A stretch of 64,000 nt of DNA from contig NC_043012.1 of NCBI RefSeq assembly GCF_006345805.1, positions 29,884,001 through 29,948,000 on the forward strand. Reading direction: 5' to 3'. The DNA comes from Octopus sinensis. Lineage: Eukaryota. The notes below the pieces were generated by a model. That model was not told the DNA's origin. It ran no database searches and worked only from the letters and a program-made list of their open reading frames with translations. The translations under genes were made by a program, and so were the position numbers. Below, piece by piece: positions 11,550 to 26,481 of this stretch (within the stretch, counting starts at the first letter, position 1; each line of letters starts with the position of its first letter).

Positions 11550-13196
11550 TATTATTATTATTATTATTCATCTTGGAGCCTCCAAATGATTTGTGAAACT
11601 GTGGACCTTCATCCAAAAATTTCCTTGCTAAGGACTTCACTTCTACCTGTGCCAACGTCCACCTTGGTATGACTTTGCCAAATTCCACTGTGTGAATCCA
11701 CAGTATCATGAACAGAAACTGACCATGCCCTGTAATCGCAGATGTCTGATGAAGAGACCAGTCACAATTGTAAGACACACAAGGATCCAGATATTGGTTG
11801 AAAATCTTGTTTGGTCTTACTAATTAATTCTTGTTTTCAACCATTCATTGTCCACCTTGCCTTTTTTGCCCGCCTGAAAAGGCCGCCCGCATAACTGCAT
11901 GGCAGATGAAACTATGGACAACAGTGGGTGAAACCAAAGCAAGAATTTTAAAAGGAATCATTTCCACGGTGACAACAAACTGGACAAAGACTCTACCAGT
12001 TGGTAGGGTCAGTTGAGCATCAGATAGAATACCTTGTTATGGCTCTGTGTGTTATGAGTGCAGACCTCACTGAGGGCAGCCTTGCTTTTCATTTAATTCA
12101 AGGGTTAATGGAAAATAATTACCAATCGGAGGCAGACCTTTAAAAACATTGAGCTAGATGCCTTGTGGTATTTCTTCCAGCTCTTTATGCTCAAATCCCT
12201 CCTTGGACTACCTGGGAGATTTGGCCTGGCTCTCTTACCATGACAACTGTTCCAGTTGATCCAATCAATGGAACAGCCTGCTTGTGAAATTAACGTGCAA
12301 GTGGATGAGTACTCCACAGACACGTGTACCTTAAACGTAGTTCTCGGGGAGATTCAGCATGACACAGAGTGCGACAAGGCTGATCCATTGAATTACAGGT
12401 ACACCTCATTTTTGCCAGCTGAGTGGTCTGGAGCAACATGAAGTGAAGTGTCTTGCTCAAGGACACAATGCACCACCAGGTATTGAACTCAGAACTTCAT
12501 GACCATGAACTGAACAGCCTAACCACCTAGCCACATGCCTTCACAGCTTTGAGGAGTAGACTTACTCCCTCACCCTCTTTAACACCACTACCTGCCATCT
12601 TGGGTACCTTTAGTGGACCCCACTTTATTGTAGGCATTAAGGCCAAGTCTCTTGTTTGAAGATTCTTCTCTTCCCCCTGCCCACCAGTCTTGGAGGCCCT
12701 GTAAAGGGTGACCCACACACTGCCTTGCCTTCTGACTAAAAGATTTAAAAAGACAAAAAACTTTGGTGTTTGACACAAAATGCAAAGCTTTAGCACCAAG
12801 AATTTGGCAAAGACATGAAAGCCTCTCCTCTCCCTGCTGCCAGTTTTATCCCAGAGAATGGCCACTGCTTATACACTTTGACACCAAACAGCCAAAACAG
12901 ATCCTGCAAATATTCCATCTCCTAATCACTGTGGTATTCATTAACCTTGACTGGATGAAAAGTGAAATAGACTTCGGCAAGATTTGAACTCAGAGCTCAT
13001 ATAATAAGAAAAAATACCACAAGGTATTTCTCTGATGCCTTACCATTTCTGCTAATTAACGTTGTCTGGTTATAGATTCCCATATTTTTACTTCAAATTC
13101 TGCTCAGGTCTATTTTACCATTTATCTTTCTGGGATGAATGAAATAAAGTCCCCCCCCCCCGCCCCAAGTATTCTGATTTTGTGTTTATATTAGAA

Positions 13197-13233
<37 letters not shown>

Positions 13234-14686
13234 TATTGAAGATATCGCTCAGGGTCCAATATTGTGATGTTGGAGATTGAACATATTGTGTGTACCAGGG
13301 ATTTGTACTGTGTGCCAAGTCCCAACAGGGACCTCAGACACGCACTACTTTATTGTAGGATATTTCTAAAGTATCCAAATGATGTCTGAACTTTGGTTTC
13401 CTTAAGAAAGCTTCTATTCCAGATCATTCTTATTTTCAGTGAGGTTGACTTATCTTTTCATCCTTTTGGGGTTGATGAAATAAGTACCACTGGGATCAAT
13501 GAAATCAATGAACCCTCTTCTCACAGATTTCAGGCCTTGTGCCTATAGTAGAGATGGTTATTATTATCATCATCATCATCATTATTATTATTAAGGCAGT
13601 GAGATGACTTAATTGTACCTGGAATTTTAAGGTTAAAAGCAGAGTTTGTTTTTGGACCAAACTATAAAAAAGACATTGTGAGCAACAGATGTCGTCAACC
13701 ATTCATATAAAAAATATACTGATGCTTTTGCAGAGAAGCTCCATACTTCGTTGGGTTTGTGAGAAACTGATGGCGTAACTTTGGAAGAGTTCATAGGTTT
13801 TATCCCATGTTTTAAATCTGTCATTATTGTAAAGATTCATCAGGCTGGCTGGTCTACCTGATTTCCTTGCCATAGAAGTGATTGAGGTTACAAAACTCCC
13901 CTGGATGGACTGTCAGTCAATCATGGGGTTATCTTCCTTGCTGTTGCTGGAATTCATTTATAGCTGAGTGGAACATTGTGAAATGAAGTGTCTTGCTCAA
14001 GAACACACTGCTCAGTTCAGGAACTGAAACCTTGACCATATGATTATGAACACAACACTCTAACCACTGGACCACACATCTTCACATTCTGTCACTCTTG
14101 CTTGTTTGAGTCTTCACTCTTTGCTCTCCACTCCCAATCCACTTAATTATAAATAGGTACCATGAAGAGGTGCAGTATACAATTGTATTCATTACTGGGC
14201 TCTGTGTGTTATGAGTGATTAAGTGTTTCATCAGCTTCTGGTGTTGCTAATTTTGAAATCCTTGTGTTAGGTAAAGTATGATGAAAATGACTTTCTTCCT
14301 CTCCCAGTGGAGTGATATCTCCTTCAACCATTTCACACCACCTGGTAGATCTCCAGCGTATCAAATAAGCCTCAGATATTTTAGAAAAATGCATTTTGGT
14401 GATGTGAAGGAAAAAGAACCTGCAGTAGACTAGCTTCCTTTCCAGTGGCGATGATGTCACAATCTATCAATCCTTGAAAATTATTAGAAATCCCAAGTAA
14501 GAAAAAACAATTTATTTCTCTATATTTCTATGACAAGTTATTACTAGAATAGTTGAGAATTATTAACTTATTCACCTCATATTGTGTGTTTATATTTTTC
14601 TACATTGGATTCCATTTAATTCATAAATTGTTTCATTGTTTTTAGGTGGAAAACTATATTCCTCCACATATAAATACACATATATA

Positions 14687-14857
14687 CAGGGTGTGGTTGA
14701 AAGACCTCCCACATTTGCTACATGTAGACTCCATTTCTACCTATCTGACTTTCTTAGTACCATATCAACTGCTGCATAAAAGTGTGGGTGAAGTCAAGGC
14801 AGCTGGAAACAGAGTCTTCATGTAGCAAATGAGGGAGTTTCTTTTTTCCACACCCTG
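14687..14857. mobile_element. Tc1/mariner-type MITE
   Basis: TA-CAGGGTGTGG...CCACACCCTG-TA; about 39-bp imperfect TIRs; TA TSD. Confidence 0.8.
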
Positions 14858-16440
14858 TATTAAATAATATATGTACACACACACACATTTACATCTATAT
14901 ATAAATGTATGTATAATATATGTATATAATGATCTTTTGCTTTTTACATTTGCTATTTTTTTGGTCTGTTTTAGCACAGCATCTCACCATTCATTGCAGT
15001 TCTTCATCCGCTTTGTGAGACTCACCATCCAAAGATCAAGTATCACTTCTCACCATGTTTTTTATGTTCTTCTTCACTAGACTCCTTTCACTTGCCTGGA
15101 TTGACATTTTTTTCACTCACCGAACTATTGTTCATTTTACACATCATGTCTCCATTAATGGCACACTCTTCTCTCTTGCACTTTCTTCTCTTTCATACAC
15201 AAAAGCTAATGCCTCCATTTCCCAGTTTTTCTCTCACCACACTTCTGCTTTGTTATTCAGACATGCAAACATTTACACATCCAACAGTGCAAGCTCACCT
15301 CATCTCTTTCCATCGTTCGCAACATTCCCCACATCCAATGCATGTACATAAACATCATACAATATGCCCTTCACTTAGAGAATCCCTTTGTTGACAGCAG
15401 AGGTAATAGCTCCCTAAACCTTTTCTACTGATCTTTACTCTGGCTTTTCCAACATTCATCTCCTTTACTAATTTTGTTGCCTGGTTAACAGAAGCTTTCA
15501 ACTGCCTCTTACTAGACTTCTAAGCATTTGAAAAATCTCCCTTTCTTAGGTTCCATTACTGCTAATTATTGCTGTGTATTTATTGTTCCTTACAAAAATC
15601 CTTTTCTGTCAACCTTCCTCAGACCTCACTTCAGTTTTTGTGTAGTATTGCTAGTGTGTAGTAATTGCTATTACATTATAGAGTTCCTGCTTGCTTCCTT
15701 TTTGCATATTGAGTATGACCAGTTCCTAGTTGATACTAGTGTTCTGTTTTCTTTTCTGCTAATGAAGAATATCATCTTTGGTTAATTGCTCTTCTTTGGC
15801 TCTCCTGATTCTTGATGTTGCTTCCATGTTTTTAATATTTCTTCTAATACTTTGACCGATTTGGTTATGAGAACCGGAACATTGACTACAGACAGTCTTG
15901 AAACCCTCTTTTATTGACTGGAGGGAACTGCAATAAATAGGAAGCGACTGAGGACTAAGCCCCAATGGACACCAATCTGCACACCTTAACGAACGTATGT
16001 CCCATTCTTACTTTCTTGGTAACACACCTGTACATGGCATGCATTGCTTTTGCAAACTATTCGACGACACTCAGACAAGGAAGTATGCTATTCTACCAGA
16101 AGCTCTCTCCAACTCCCTGATGCTTGCTGGTTTGTATTTTGACTAAGAACTTCAGTATTCTTAAAGGAGAATGGCAATTCCTCATCATAACAGAAATCCA
16201 AACCTACATCTGGTTTAGCTCTACCATAACTCTCTCTCTCTCTCTCTCTCTCTCCTACTTTCTTCATCAATTTCTTGTTTCTTGGCTGCTTCTTTTAAAG
16301 CATCTCCCTGGCCCTTGCAGCTGTTCACAATGATGCCGCTACCCCAGCCAAAGCCAATCCATTACTGCACCTGTCTCCACACCCCTTCATTAACTGTGCA
16401 AGTAATCTGAATATCTCTTTTGCCTTTTACTTTTTTCAGT

Positions 16441-16811
16441 CATTGAACCATGGCCATGCTGGTGTACCACCTGGAAGTGTTTTAGTCAAACAAATCCCCC
16501 CACTGCCTGTACTTGTGTTTTTTTTAAGCCTGGTACTTATTCTATTGGTCTGTTTTGTTGAACTGCTAAGTTACAGGGTTGTAAACAAACCAACACCAGT
16601 TGTGAAGGGGCTGGAGGGGGACAACATTGACACAAAGACACACAAACATTATATATATATATATATGATAGGCTTCTATTCAGTTGCCATTTACCAGATT
16701 CACTCAAAAGGCACTGGTAAGCCTGGGGCTATTATAGAAGACACTTGCCTAAGGTACCATGTGGTGGGACTGAACTCAAAACTGTGCTGTTGCAAAGTAA
16801 GCTACTTAACC
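16441..16811 (-). mobile_element. tRNA-derived SINE (same family as 18501-18871)
   Basis: Reverse complement of the head/body/ccagcatggcc tail structure. Confidence 0.7.
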
Positions 16812-17129
16812 TATTTCACTGGTTATTTTAAGTATTTCATCCACTTTTCCTGATAGACCTGCTGAATTTTTGCCTTCGTATCGTTAATGGCTTGACCCTT
16901 TCTAACATGTAGCAATCAACCTCAACAAATGATCCTTCTGTTGCAAACCCTTCATTTTCTCACACATTCTTCTTCGTCAGTAATTGCTCCAAGCATCATT
17001 TCTGTAGTTTCTCTTTCATCTCAAAATAAGTGTGAATCATTGATGGCAGCTTTATCTCGTATCCGAGTATTTATTTTCTTCTTTGCTGAATGCTTCTTTA
17101 ATGATGATGCCATTGCTGACTCTGTAGAC

Positions 17130-17354
17130 CAGTGGTTCCCAAACTTTTTCAGGCTGCCGCCCCCTTGGCACCCAGCCCACCTTCCTACCACCCCACCCCA
17201 ACAAACAGAGACCCCTTTCTGAAGTAAATTCAAAGCAACTGTATTTCACAAATAAAACTTAACCTAATGAACCTTATCGCTCCACTTTTCTTCAATGCCC
17301 CCTTGAACCCCCCCCCCCCCATGGGAGCAATACCGCCCACTTTGGTAACCCCTG
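17130..17354. mobile_element. hAT-type MITE
   Basis: Perfect 8-bp TSD CTGTAGAC (17122-17129 and 17355-17362); TIR CAGTGGTTCCCAAACT / actttggtaacccCTG. Confidence 0.88.
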
Positions 17355-18500
17355 CTGTAGACTAATTCTTGCATAGAAGAGTTGATGGCATTTTATTGCA
17401 TGGTAATTTTGGTGGAGGATAAGGTTGATTTTGTTGAGCCTTTCTTTCCTGTCATTGGATTTCTTCCTTTTCTCTTCTGGTGGCCTCAAAGATTTTGGTT
17501 CCAATGGTGGTGGAACGCTGCCACTTGGTATGGTCTCAGGCTTGTGTTTTGAATAATTTGGGCTCCAATTCCTGTGGCTTTTAGTGTTGCTTTTAGTGAA
17601 TACACCATTATTATTCCAGTAGCATTTTTTACCAACAACATCCTGATTTACATCAACATCTTAATTTCCATTTCTGATTCCTGCAGGAATATTCTGACAT
17701 TGAGGCAAACCTCTTACTTTTCACTTAGCTGCACCATTATTTCATGAAGATACAAGACAGCGAGCTGGCAGAACCATTAGCACACCAGGCAAAATGCTTA
17801 GCAGTAGTTTGTCCATCTTTACATTCTGAGTTCATATCCTGCCAAGGTCAACATTGCTTTCCATCCTTTTGGAGTCCATAAAATAAATACCAGTTGAGCA
17901 CTAGAGTCGATATAATCAACTAACTCCCCCACTCCTAAACTTTTAGACCTTATGCATGTAGATATATCCGATGCTATCCAATCTTTGAGTTATCCGATAT
18001 CTTTCTTTGCTCTCCACTACATCTGTTCTATGCTTGATAGTTTTTATGGGCTTATCTCCCATAACTATTTCCCCACCTTGCTAATCCTGGGAGCTTGGTC
18101 TCTGGTTTGCAGTAAGTTGTCTTGTAGGAATGCACAGTTGTTCTTGACAGTTTTGTTTCTTCTTCTTCTCCACCTCTCTCTCCTCATAGTCATCAACTAA
18201 TACTTCTAGAGAGTCACATCTGGAACAGGGATCTTTTACTTACCACCCACCAATTCTTCTCTTGTTTGGTTTATTGATAAGTTTGTCTAGGTCTTATCCT
18301 GAGGTCCCCAAATTCCTGTGCATGCATACATACAAATATATATATACACACATACACACATATATACGTGTAATATACATATATATATATATACACACAT
18401 ATGTGTATGTATATATCTATCAAATCTATCTCTCTCTCTCTATATATATATATGTACACATACATTATATGTGTACATATATGAGTTGATAGGCACATAT

Positions 18501-18871
18501 AGGTACAGGAGTGGCTGTGTGGTAAGTAGCTTGCTAACCAACCACATGGTTCCGGGTTCAGTCCCACTGCGTGACATCTTGGGCAAGTGTCATCTGCTAT
18601 AGCCCCGGGCCGACCAATGCCTTGTGAGTGGATTTGGTAGGCGGAAACTGAAAGAAGCCTGTCGTATATATGTATATATATGTATGTGTGTGCTTGTGTG
18701 TCTGTGTTTGTCCCCCTAGCATTGCTTGACAACCGATGCTGGTGTGTTTACGTCCCCGTTACTTAGCGGTTCGGCAAAAGAGACGGATAGAATAAGTACT
18801 GGGCTTACAAAAGAATAAGTCCCGGGTTCGAGTTGTTCGATTAAAGGTGGTGCTCCAGCATGGCCGCAGTC
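18501..18871 (+). mobile_element. Full-length tRNA-derived SINE
   Basis: GGAGTGGCTGTGTGGTAAG A box, GGTTCAGTCCC B box, CTTGGGCAAGTG core, internal microsatellite, GGTGCTCCAGCATGGCCGCAGTC tail. Confidence 0.85.
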
Positions 18872-19689
18872 ATAAAGAGTATATATATATATCAATATGT
18901 TTGTATACATATAAATATATATACAAATGCTTACATATGTATATACATATATACACATATTTATACACACACTCACAAACACATTGCTGAATGATGCTAA
19001 AATTGTTCCAAATGTACTTTATTGAATCATGAACTTGGAGGTCATCGTAGTAGTAGTACTAACACCACTACTACTACTGCTGCTGCAGTATTTGTCTTTG
19101 TGCCATATTCAAGAAAATAATGTCCAATGTCTGCTAATTATTTTTTTCTTTTTACCTTTTTATTTGTTCCAAATTGAAATATCTTTTTCCTTTTTTTTTC
19201 TGTCAGAATATAAATAAGGAGGACATTGCATGGCAGAGCATCGGTCTCAACTAAAACCAAACCAAACCTGAAATTACTCCCCCATCCCCACCATGTTAAA
19301 AAATAATGATGTCACTAAAAATGTGAGAATTGAGGGAAAAATCTGCATTTCTGTGATAAAGCGCAATGTCTGACCTCCTTTGTAATATTTCTTGTCTATA
19401 AAGTTGTTTCTGTCATTTAAAAATGTTTCTTTTCAATTTATTCATTGACTGGTTTCAGTTGTGCTACGATACGGCCCCAAAGGGTTTACATTAATCATAT
19501 TGATCTTCGTTATTTTAGTCCAGAACTTAATTTTAATATGCCAGACCGTTTTCGCCATTCAAAGACACAGAAAAGAATTCTTCAATTCACTTTTCCTTTA
19601 TTTCTTGAGGTATCAAAATTTCTGTTAACCAATTGTGACTCAGTCATCGGCAGAGTCCCACTGTAACAGTTTGGAAATTAATCTCTTTA

Positions 19690-20000
19690 TTATCATATTT
19701 CTGTTGAAACACACTTTTGTTTCAATTAAATTTTGAAAATAATGAAAACTTTAGTAGAATAACTTTATCACTAATTAAGCTGGTGTTTGCAACATAGATT
19801 TACTTGAAATATTGAGCTGACCTCTGGGTCTATGATACAAACTTCTTGTTTTGAAGGGAATTAAAACATTCCATTTAAATCTCATGTTATGTTTCAAACA
19901 CCAGCTTAATAATTTCAGAAAGTTATTTTACAAAATTCCTCTTTACTTTCAAAGTTAATTGAAACAATTGTAAAATATTTCAGCAGGAATATTGTAACAA
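19690..20000. mobile_element. MITE with about 100-bp imperfect TIRs
   Basis: catatttctgttgaaac...tttgtttcaattaa / ttaattgaaacaa...tatttcagcaggaatat; related copy at about 33175-33378. Confidence 0.55.
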
Positions 20001-21100
20001 AAAGGTCAAGACATATTTTTAAAAATCTTAATAGGTTTAGAAGAATCTGAATAAAACAAGTGATTGTGTTATTTGATAATCAGAAAATATGACAGATGAT
20101 GATCTATTGATCTTTGGCTTGTCTCAATCATTGGACTGTAGCCATGCTGGGGTACTGTCTTGAAGGGAATAGTTGAACACATTAAGTCTATTAATTCTAT
20201 CAATCTCTTTTGTTGAATCCATTAAGCCTTAAGGATGTAAACAGACCAACACCGGTTGTCAAGCAAAGTTTGGGAACGAACACGAAGGCACAGACAATTG
20301 GCTCCTCTCACTTTCCCTTATCAAATTAATTCACAAAATGTTGGTCTGCTTGGGGTCATAGGAGAAAATACTTGCCCAAGTGGCTACACAGTGGAGCTGA
20401 ACCTGAAAGCATTTGGTTTGAAGCAAACTTCTTAATCCCACAGCCATACCGGCATCTAAGTGCCTCTCACCTCCCTGACAGGGATTTGAACCCCAGTCTC
20501 CCATGTGACTAGCAAAGAAATAAAAATCTGAAAAAAAATTATTTTTTTAAATCAGGATTACAACAGAAGATAATCCATTGTGTTACCCGTGGAAAGAAAC
20601 TATGAATGATGATGATGATGCTTGAAAATCCAAAATTCAACACGGGGCAGCGCCAGGAGTCATGTTGTGTAAAAATATAAAGTACCATGGAAAAATAGGT
20701 TCTGGGATGTTAAGGTCTTTTGTAAAAGCAGCATTTGATGAAAGGAAGTTGCAGAAAGTCAAGTACCGGCGATTTGGAATGTTAATAGTAAGATGGAACA
20801 AGATAACCAAGCATGGCTCTTTGAATGCTGATGGGGTGACTCAACCCATTTTGGAGGCTGTAAGACTTTGGCACTAGATCCAAACATACGCATACATGCA
20901 GAAATATATCATTTCCCTTTGTATAACGGTAATTTTTCATAGCATTTTTCCGATGGCCGGATAACTGAAGAGATGGCAGTGTGGATTTCCACCTCGGAGC
21001 TTTATCATGGCTACTGAATAATTGTCACATATTACATTTACAGATAAATTCCTCTATTTACATAATATCAAGGTCTCTTTCTTTCTTTTGTTATCTTACC

Positions 21101-21148
<48 letters not shown>

Positions 21149-22674
21149 GAGAGAGAGAGAGGAGAGAGAGAGAGAAGAAAAGAACATTACAATGTATTAA
21201 TTAAACATGATTGATACTTTCTCTCTCCTCATATGCATGAGCAGAGAGAGAGACCTGAAAACATCTGATTTCAAATAAGTCAGCATTGAATCAGTCGTGC
21301 CAAAATGTCTCAAACGCTTAAAAGAAAATCAGCAACAAAAAAAATATATATGTATTGATCAACAGTGAGTTTTTATTGAGATATAATACCATGATTGGGT
21401 TTTTTGTTTTTACATTTTCTCCCAGTTTTTATTTATTTTATTTTATTTAATTTTTTTGTAATTGTAAAGTTTCATGATTTGAAAAGAAAAAAAAAACATC
21501 AACAATCAAACTGATATTTGATACATAAAAAAAAATTTAAATATCAGATGTGAATAAGATTTGTTAATTTAAAACAACAAATGAAATGATTGCGTTTATA
21601 TGTGTGTGTGTGTACGTATATATAATTTTTTTTACATGGGATGACATTATAGTTATCTCCCATTGCTTTTGAATTCTTCTAAGAAGACATGAAAGAGGTG
21701 TAAAAGGAAGCAGTTGACAATTTGTTCAACCATTACAATTAGTAAATTAACGAGGGATATTATACATTTAATAGACAAACACACAGCATAGGCACTTTTG
21801 GTGTGATAGAACAGATAGAGATGAAGGAAGATATGATTTACATTTTAAATGTGTTCTGTTGACAAACCAAGGGTAAGAAAAACCAAAATACACACACACA
21901 CCCTTCATCAAAAGGGTGGGGGAAATAATTTTTGGGTGGAATAGAGACAGGTGATGCTAATATAAAAAAAAAAAGTGTGGGACTTTTTTTTCTGGATATT
22001 AAAAACACTGATTATTTGACAATTCAAAAAAAGAAGCAGAAGAGACATTCATTATTAAATGTTTTCTATATTAAGAATGTTTACAAAGGAAAGGAGTGGA
22101 TTTAAAAGAATATTCTCTTATTTATTAGTTGACACTTATTTTATCAAGTTCACAGTGATGACAAAATATAAATTAAATAAACTTCACTCTGACTTGAACC
22201 CATAACATAGAGGTACAAAACTAAAGAGTATAAAATAGTTCCTTACTTGAATGTTTTAGCTAACAGCTGATCACCACCTGTATCGATAACACCCATCACA
22301 ACTGTGAACCATAGTATGAAGATCATGAAATTAAAACATTTTTTCAAGACCTAAATTATGCAGAAAGCAGCAGTGGTGGTGGTGGTGGGGGTTATCAGTT
22401 TGGCAATTCCTTTGCATTTGTGTAGATCTTATCACAAGTAAACTAACAAAAACATCAATTACATTTGGTGAGTTATCCAGGCACCACTCTCTAATATCTA
22501 TCGACAGTCAGTGGACTTGGCTATTTAGGAGTTAAATGTCGTCACCATACACACAAGGTAAAATGCAGACAGATAAGATATGAACCACTTACTTCTTAAC
22601 TGGAAGCTTCACACACTATTTGCAACTCTCAGACAACACTTCTATTAGGTAAAAATATATAAGGTAAACAACAT

Positions 22675-23050
22675 AGGCACAGGAGTGGCTGTGTGGTAAG
22701 TAGCTTGCTTACCAACCACATGGTCCTGGGTTCAGTCCCACTGCATGGCACCTTGGGCAAGTGTCTTCTATTATAGCTTTGGGTTGACCAAAGCCTTGTG
22801 AGTGGATTTGGTAGACAGAAACTGGAAGAAGCCTGTCTACATATATGTATGTATGTGTGTGTACATGTTTGTGTATCTGTTTGTCCCCTCAACATCACTT
22901 GACAACCGATGCTGGTGTGTTTACATCCCCATAACTTAGCAGTTCAATAAAAGAGACCAGTAGAGTAAGTACTAGGCTTACAAAGAATAAACTCTGGGGT
23001 CAATTTATTTGACTAAAGGCGGTGCTCCAGCATGGCCGCAGTCAAATGAC
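22675..23050 (+). mobile_element. Full-length tRNA-derived SINE (same family)
   Basis: Colinear with 18501-18871. Confidence 0.85.
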
Positions 23051-24885
23051 AAACAAATACAAGAATAAACAACCAATCAAGCAGGGCTACATGGCACAAT
23101 TTCATGTTGGAGTAATTGTACCTGATAAAATCCAATACATTGAAACAGTCCAGTCTACTACAATTTGACTTTACAAGGATATTTTTTTATATTTCTTGGT
23201 TGCTAAATGTCACTACTTATATCTTTACTCCTATTTATGTTTAATTTTATTTCCAAGTAATACATAAACATTACATTACATTACAAACTTCTTGCTAACA
23301 TTTATGAGAAAAAAAGAAGAAAAAGAAACAAACAAGAAAGACAACAACAATTAGGAGTTAGATTTTAAAGACTTAAGTCACCAGGTTCAAACCCACATTC
23401 CACCTCAGCTAAAAAATATTTAAACAATGTCATTTAAAAAATAAAATTTGTTCTTCATTAATTAAAATTTAAAATTTTTGAGAACAATTAATGAAAATTT
23501 GGTAAATTACTGTTCAAAAGATTTGAACCTGAACTGGTCTTTTTCTACTCAGACTTTCATGCCAAGAATTAACCTGCAATAGTGAAGTATACAGTTCCAG
23601 AACAAACTGATGTGTAGCTTATTTGGAGCATAAAACAGATATCAATCAGAATTTCTGACCAGGAGTGTTTGGTTGTTTGATCAATGGAACTACCAAACTC
23701 ATTGAATTTGGGTCCAAGGTAATCTTCAGGCAGAACCATCAAAACAATGAATTAAGGGTACAATCAGTTTTGGATACAATTCCCGATATCTCTAAATGGT
23801 TACTTGGGCATCAAATATTTTATTTGCTTAGCAGAACTGAATGGATCTACTCAACAATAACAACATTTAAACTAGATTTTTATTCTCCGCACTTTTCATA
23901 CATCAACATTCATTCTTATTAAATTCTGATCTCAGATCTGAGTCTGCAAGAACTACAAGTATTTTAGAGTATATTACACCACAAATTTATATAATTAATG
24001 AGACTTAATTGATATAATGGTAAATTATCCATGAAATTGTGTGTATATTAATATTGTAATCCAATACCAGTTTCAAATTTTGGCACAAGGCCAGCAATTT
24101 CAGAGAAGGCAGGGAGAGGGGTAAGTGGATTACACTGACCCACCCCCACCCCAGTACTCAACTGGTACTAATTTTATCAATCGTGAAAGGATGAAAGGCA
24201 GAGTTGACCTCAGAAACATTTGGACTCCAATCATAAAGTCCAAAGAAATGCCGCCAAGCATTTTGTCTGAGCTCACTGCCTAATTGTAATCCTACTTTGT
24301 TTTAGCCATTATGGCTAAGACCTATACATAAGACAATGAAGAACGAATATAGCACAACTTTATAATTAGTTACAATTGTTTCTGTACCACTTCATTTCAA
24401 GCGTCATTGTAGATAAAATGAAAAGTTACATATTATGTGAGGTTAATTATATTGGAGTGGCACTTCCTTAGACTGGCATCACAGTATATTTTACACTATA
24501 TGGATTTTTAAATATATAAAGTGTTCCATAATCATTAGTTTGACAAAATATACTGAGATTAACAGTTATGGATTAAATATCAGTTGATAAGAATTAGTTT
24601 TAACAGCTTCAGAAACTTTTACAAAACTTCAATCTCATAACAGCAATTAGTTTGAATAAAAGTTGAAGATCTCTTAGAACATTAAGCAATATCTGATGGC
24701 CCCCTCCCATCACAGAAAAAAAAAATATATTTACTCTGACTATCACATGTTTGAAAAGCTTCAAGAAGTAACAATGAGAGATGTTCATGGGAGAGTTAGA
24801 CTAACAGAAGATACGCAGGAAGAGAACATGCAGAATATATATATTTATGCAGTATATACAACTTGGGAGGGATGTGGAGGAGAAA

Positions 24886-26481
24886 AATAATAATAATAAT
24901 AGAACGAAGAACAACAAAAAATAATTGAATTCAGATTTAAAAAAGATACAGACCATTTTTAATTCAAGGTTTTCATTATACAAAAAAAAAGAAAAAGTTT
25001 ATGAGACATTTTAAACCAGGAAAGAATTCAATATTGGCATGAAAGTATTGAAATATGAAAGAATAGGTAAGGCACAAAAATGGACCAAAAATCATTGGTC
25101 GAATGAGAATATTCCTTTCAATCACTTTTATATATATAAAAAAAAGATTATTTGTTCAACAAGTTACATAGAAACTAATTTGTCATTAACAGCATCTTAG
25201 AGATAGAACAACTGGTTGTATTGAATAAGAGGCTTCATTAAATTTAATATTTATTAAAATAGAAACCACATGGGTATAATTATACGAACCACTTTTATTT
25301 TTTTATTTGTTTTGGAGGGTGGTGCATTTCAATAAAATCAAAAAAGATAAGGAGAAATATATTTTGAATGGCACTAAAAATATATGTCCAAAAATTATTA
25401 TTTAATTAAAACACTAAAAAAGTAAAACTAATATTAATTTTTGTTTGTTTTAAATCTTAACGTGTTTCTATTTGAGTATTTTAGAAATTCTGTATAAGAC
25501 ATTTGTCAACTTTTCACTACATCGGCCAGTTACAAATAGCTAACAATTCGACAATCTACATATTTGTAGATATTTGTGGTCTTTTTACCAATTTACAGAT
25601 TGTTAACAGTTGTTCTAAACATAAAGGTCCATGCAAGTTTGATAATGCCAACAAATAGGAAGAGCTTGTTATTGCTAATAATAATAATAATAGAACGAAG
25701 AACAACAAAAAATAATTGAATTCAGATTTAAAAAAGATACAGACCATTTTTAATTCAAGGTTTTCATTATACAAAAAAAAGAAAAAGTTTATGAGACATT
25801 TTAAACCAGGAAAGAATTCAATATTGGCATGAAAGTATTGAAATATGAAAGAATAGGTAAGGCACAAAAATGGACCAAAAATCATTGGTCGAATGAGAAT
25901 ATTCCTTTCAATCACTTTTATATATATAAAAAAAAGATTATTTGTTCAACAAGTTACATAGAAACTAATTTGTCATTAACAGCATCTTAGAGATAGAACA
26001 ACTGGTTGTATTGAATAAGAGGCTTCATTAAATTTAATATTTATTAAAATAGAAACCACATGGGTATAATTATACGAACCACTTTTATTTTTTTATTTGT
26101 TTTGGAGGGTGGTGCATTTCAATAAAATCAAAAAAGATAAGGAGAAATATATTTTGAATGGCACTAAAAATATATGTCCAAAAATTATTATTTAATTAAA
26201 ACACTAAAAAAGTAAAACTAATATTAATTTTTGTTTGTTTTAAATCTTAACGTGTTTCTATTTGAGTATTTTAGAAATTCTGTATAAGACATTTGTCAAC
26301 TTTTCACTACATCGGCCAGTTACAAATAGCTAACAATTCGACAATCTACATATTTGTAGATATTTGTGGTCTTTTTACCAATTTACAGATTGTTAACAGT
26401 TGTTCTAAACATAAAGGTCCATGCAAGTTTGATAATGCCAACAAATAGGAAGAGCTTGTTATTGCTAATAATAATAATAAT
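24886..26481. repeat. Near-perfect 790-bp tandem duplication bounded by (TAA)n tracts
   Basis: 24901-25676 matches 25692-26466 except one A in a homopolymer; (TAA)n at 24886-24900, 25677-25691 and 26467-26481. Confidence 0.95.

Noticed and set aside
13801-13848. CTGATGA-ATCT..AGAT on - strand as a hammerhead
   Set aside because: GAAA is replaced by TTAAAA and there is no convincing stem I
15400-17745. Degraded LINE-like coding remnants on -
   Set aside because: No diagnostic motif recognisable by eye, so it cannot be classified
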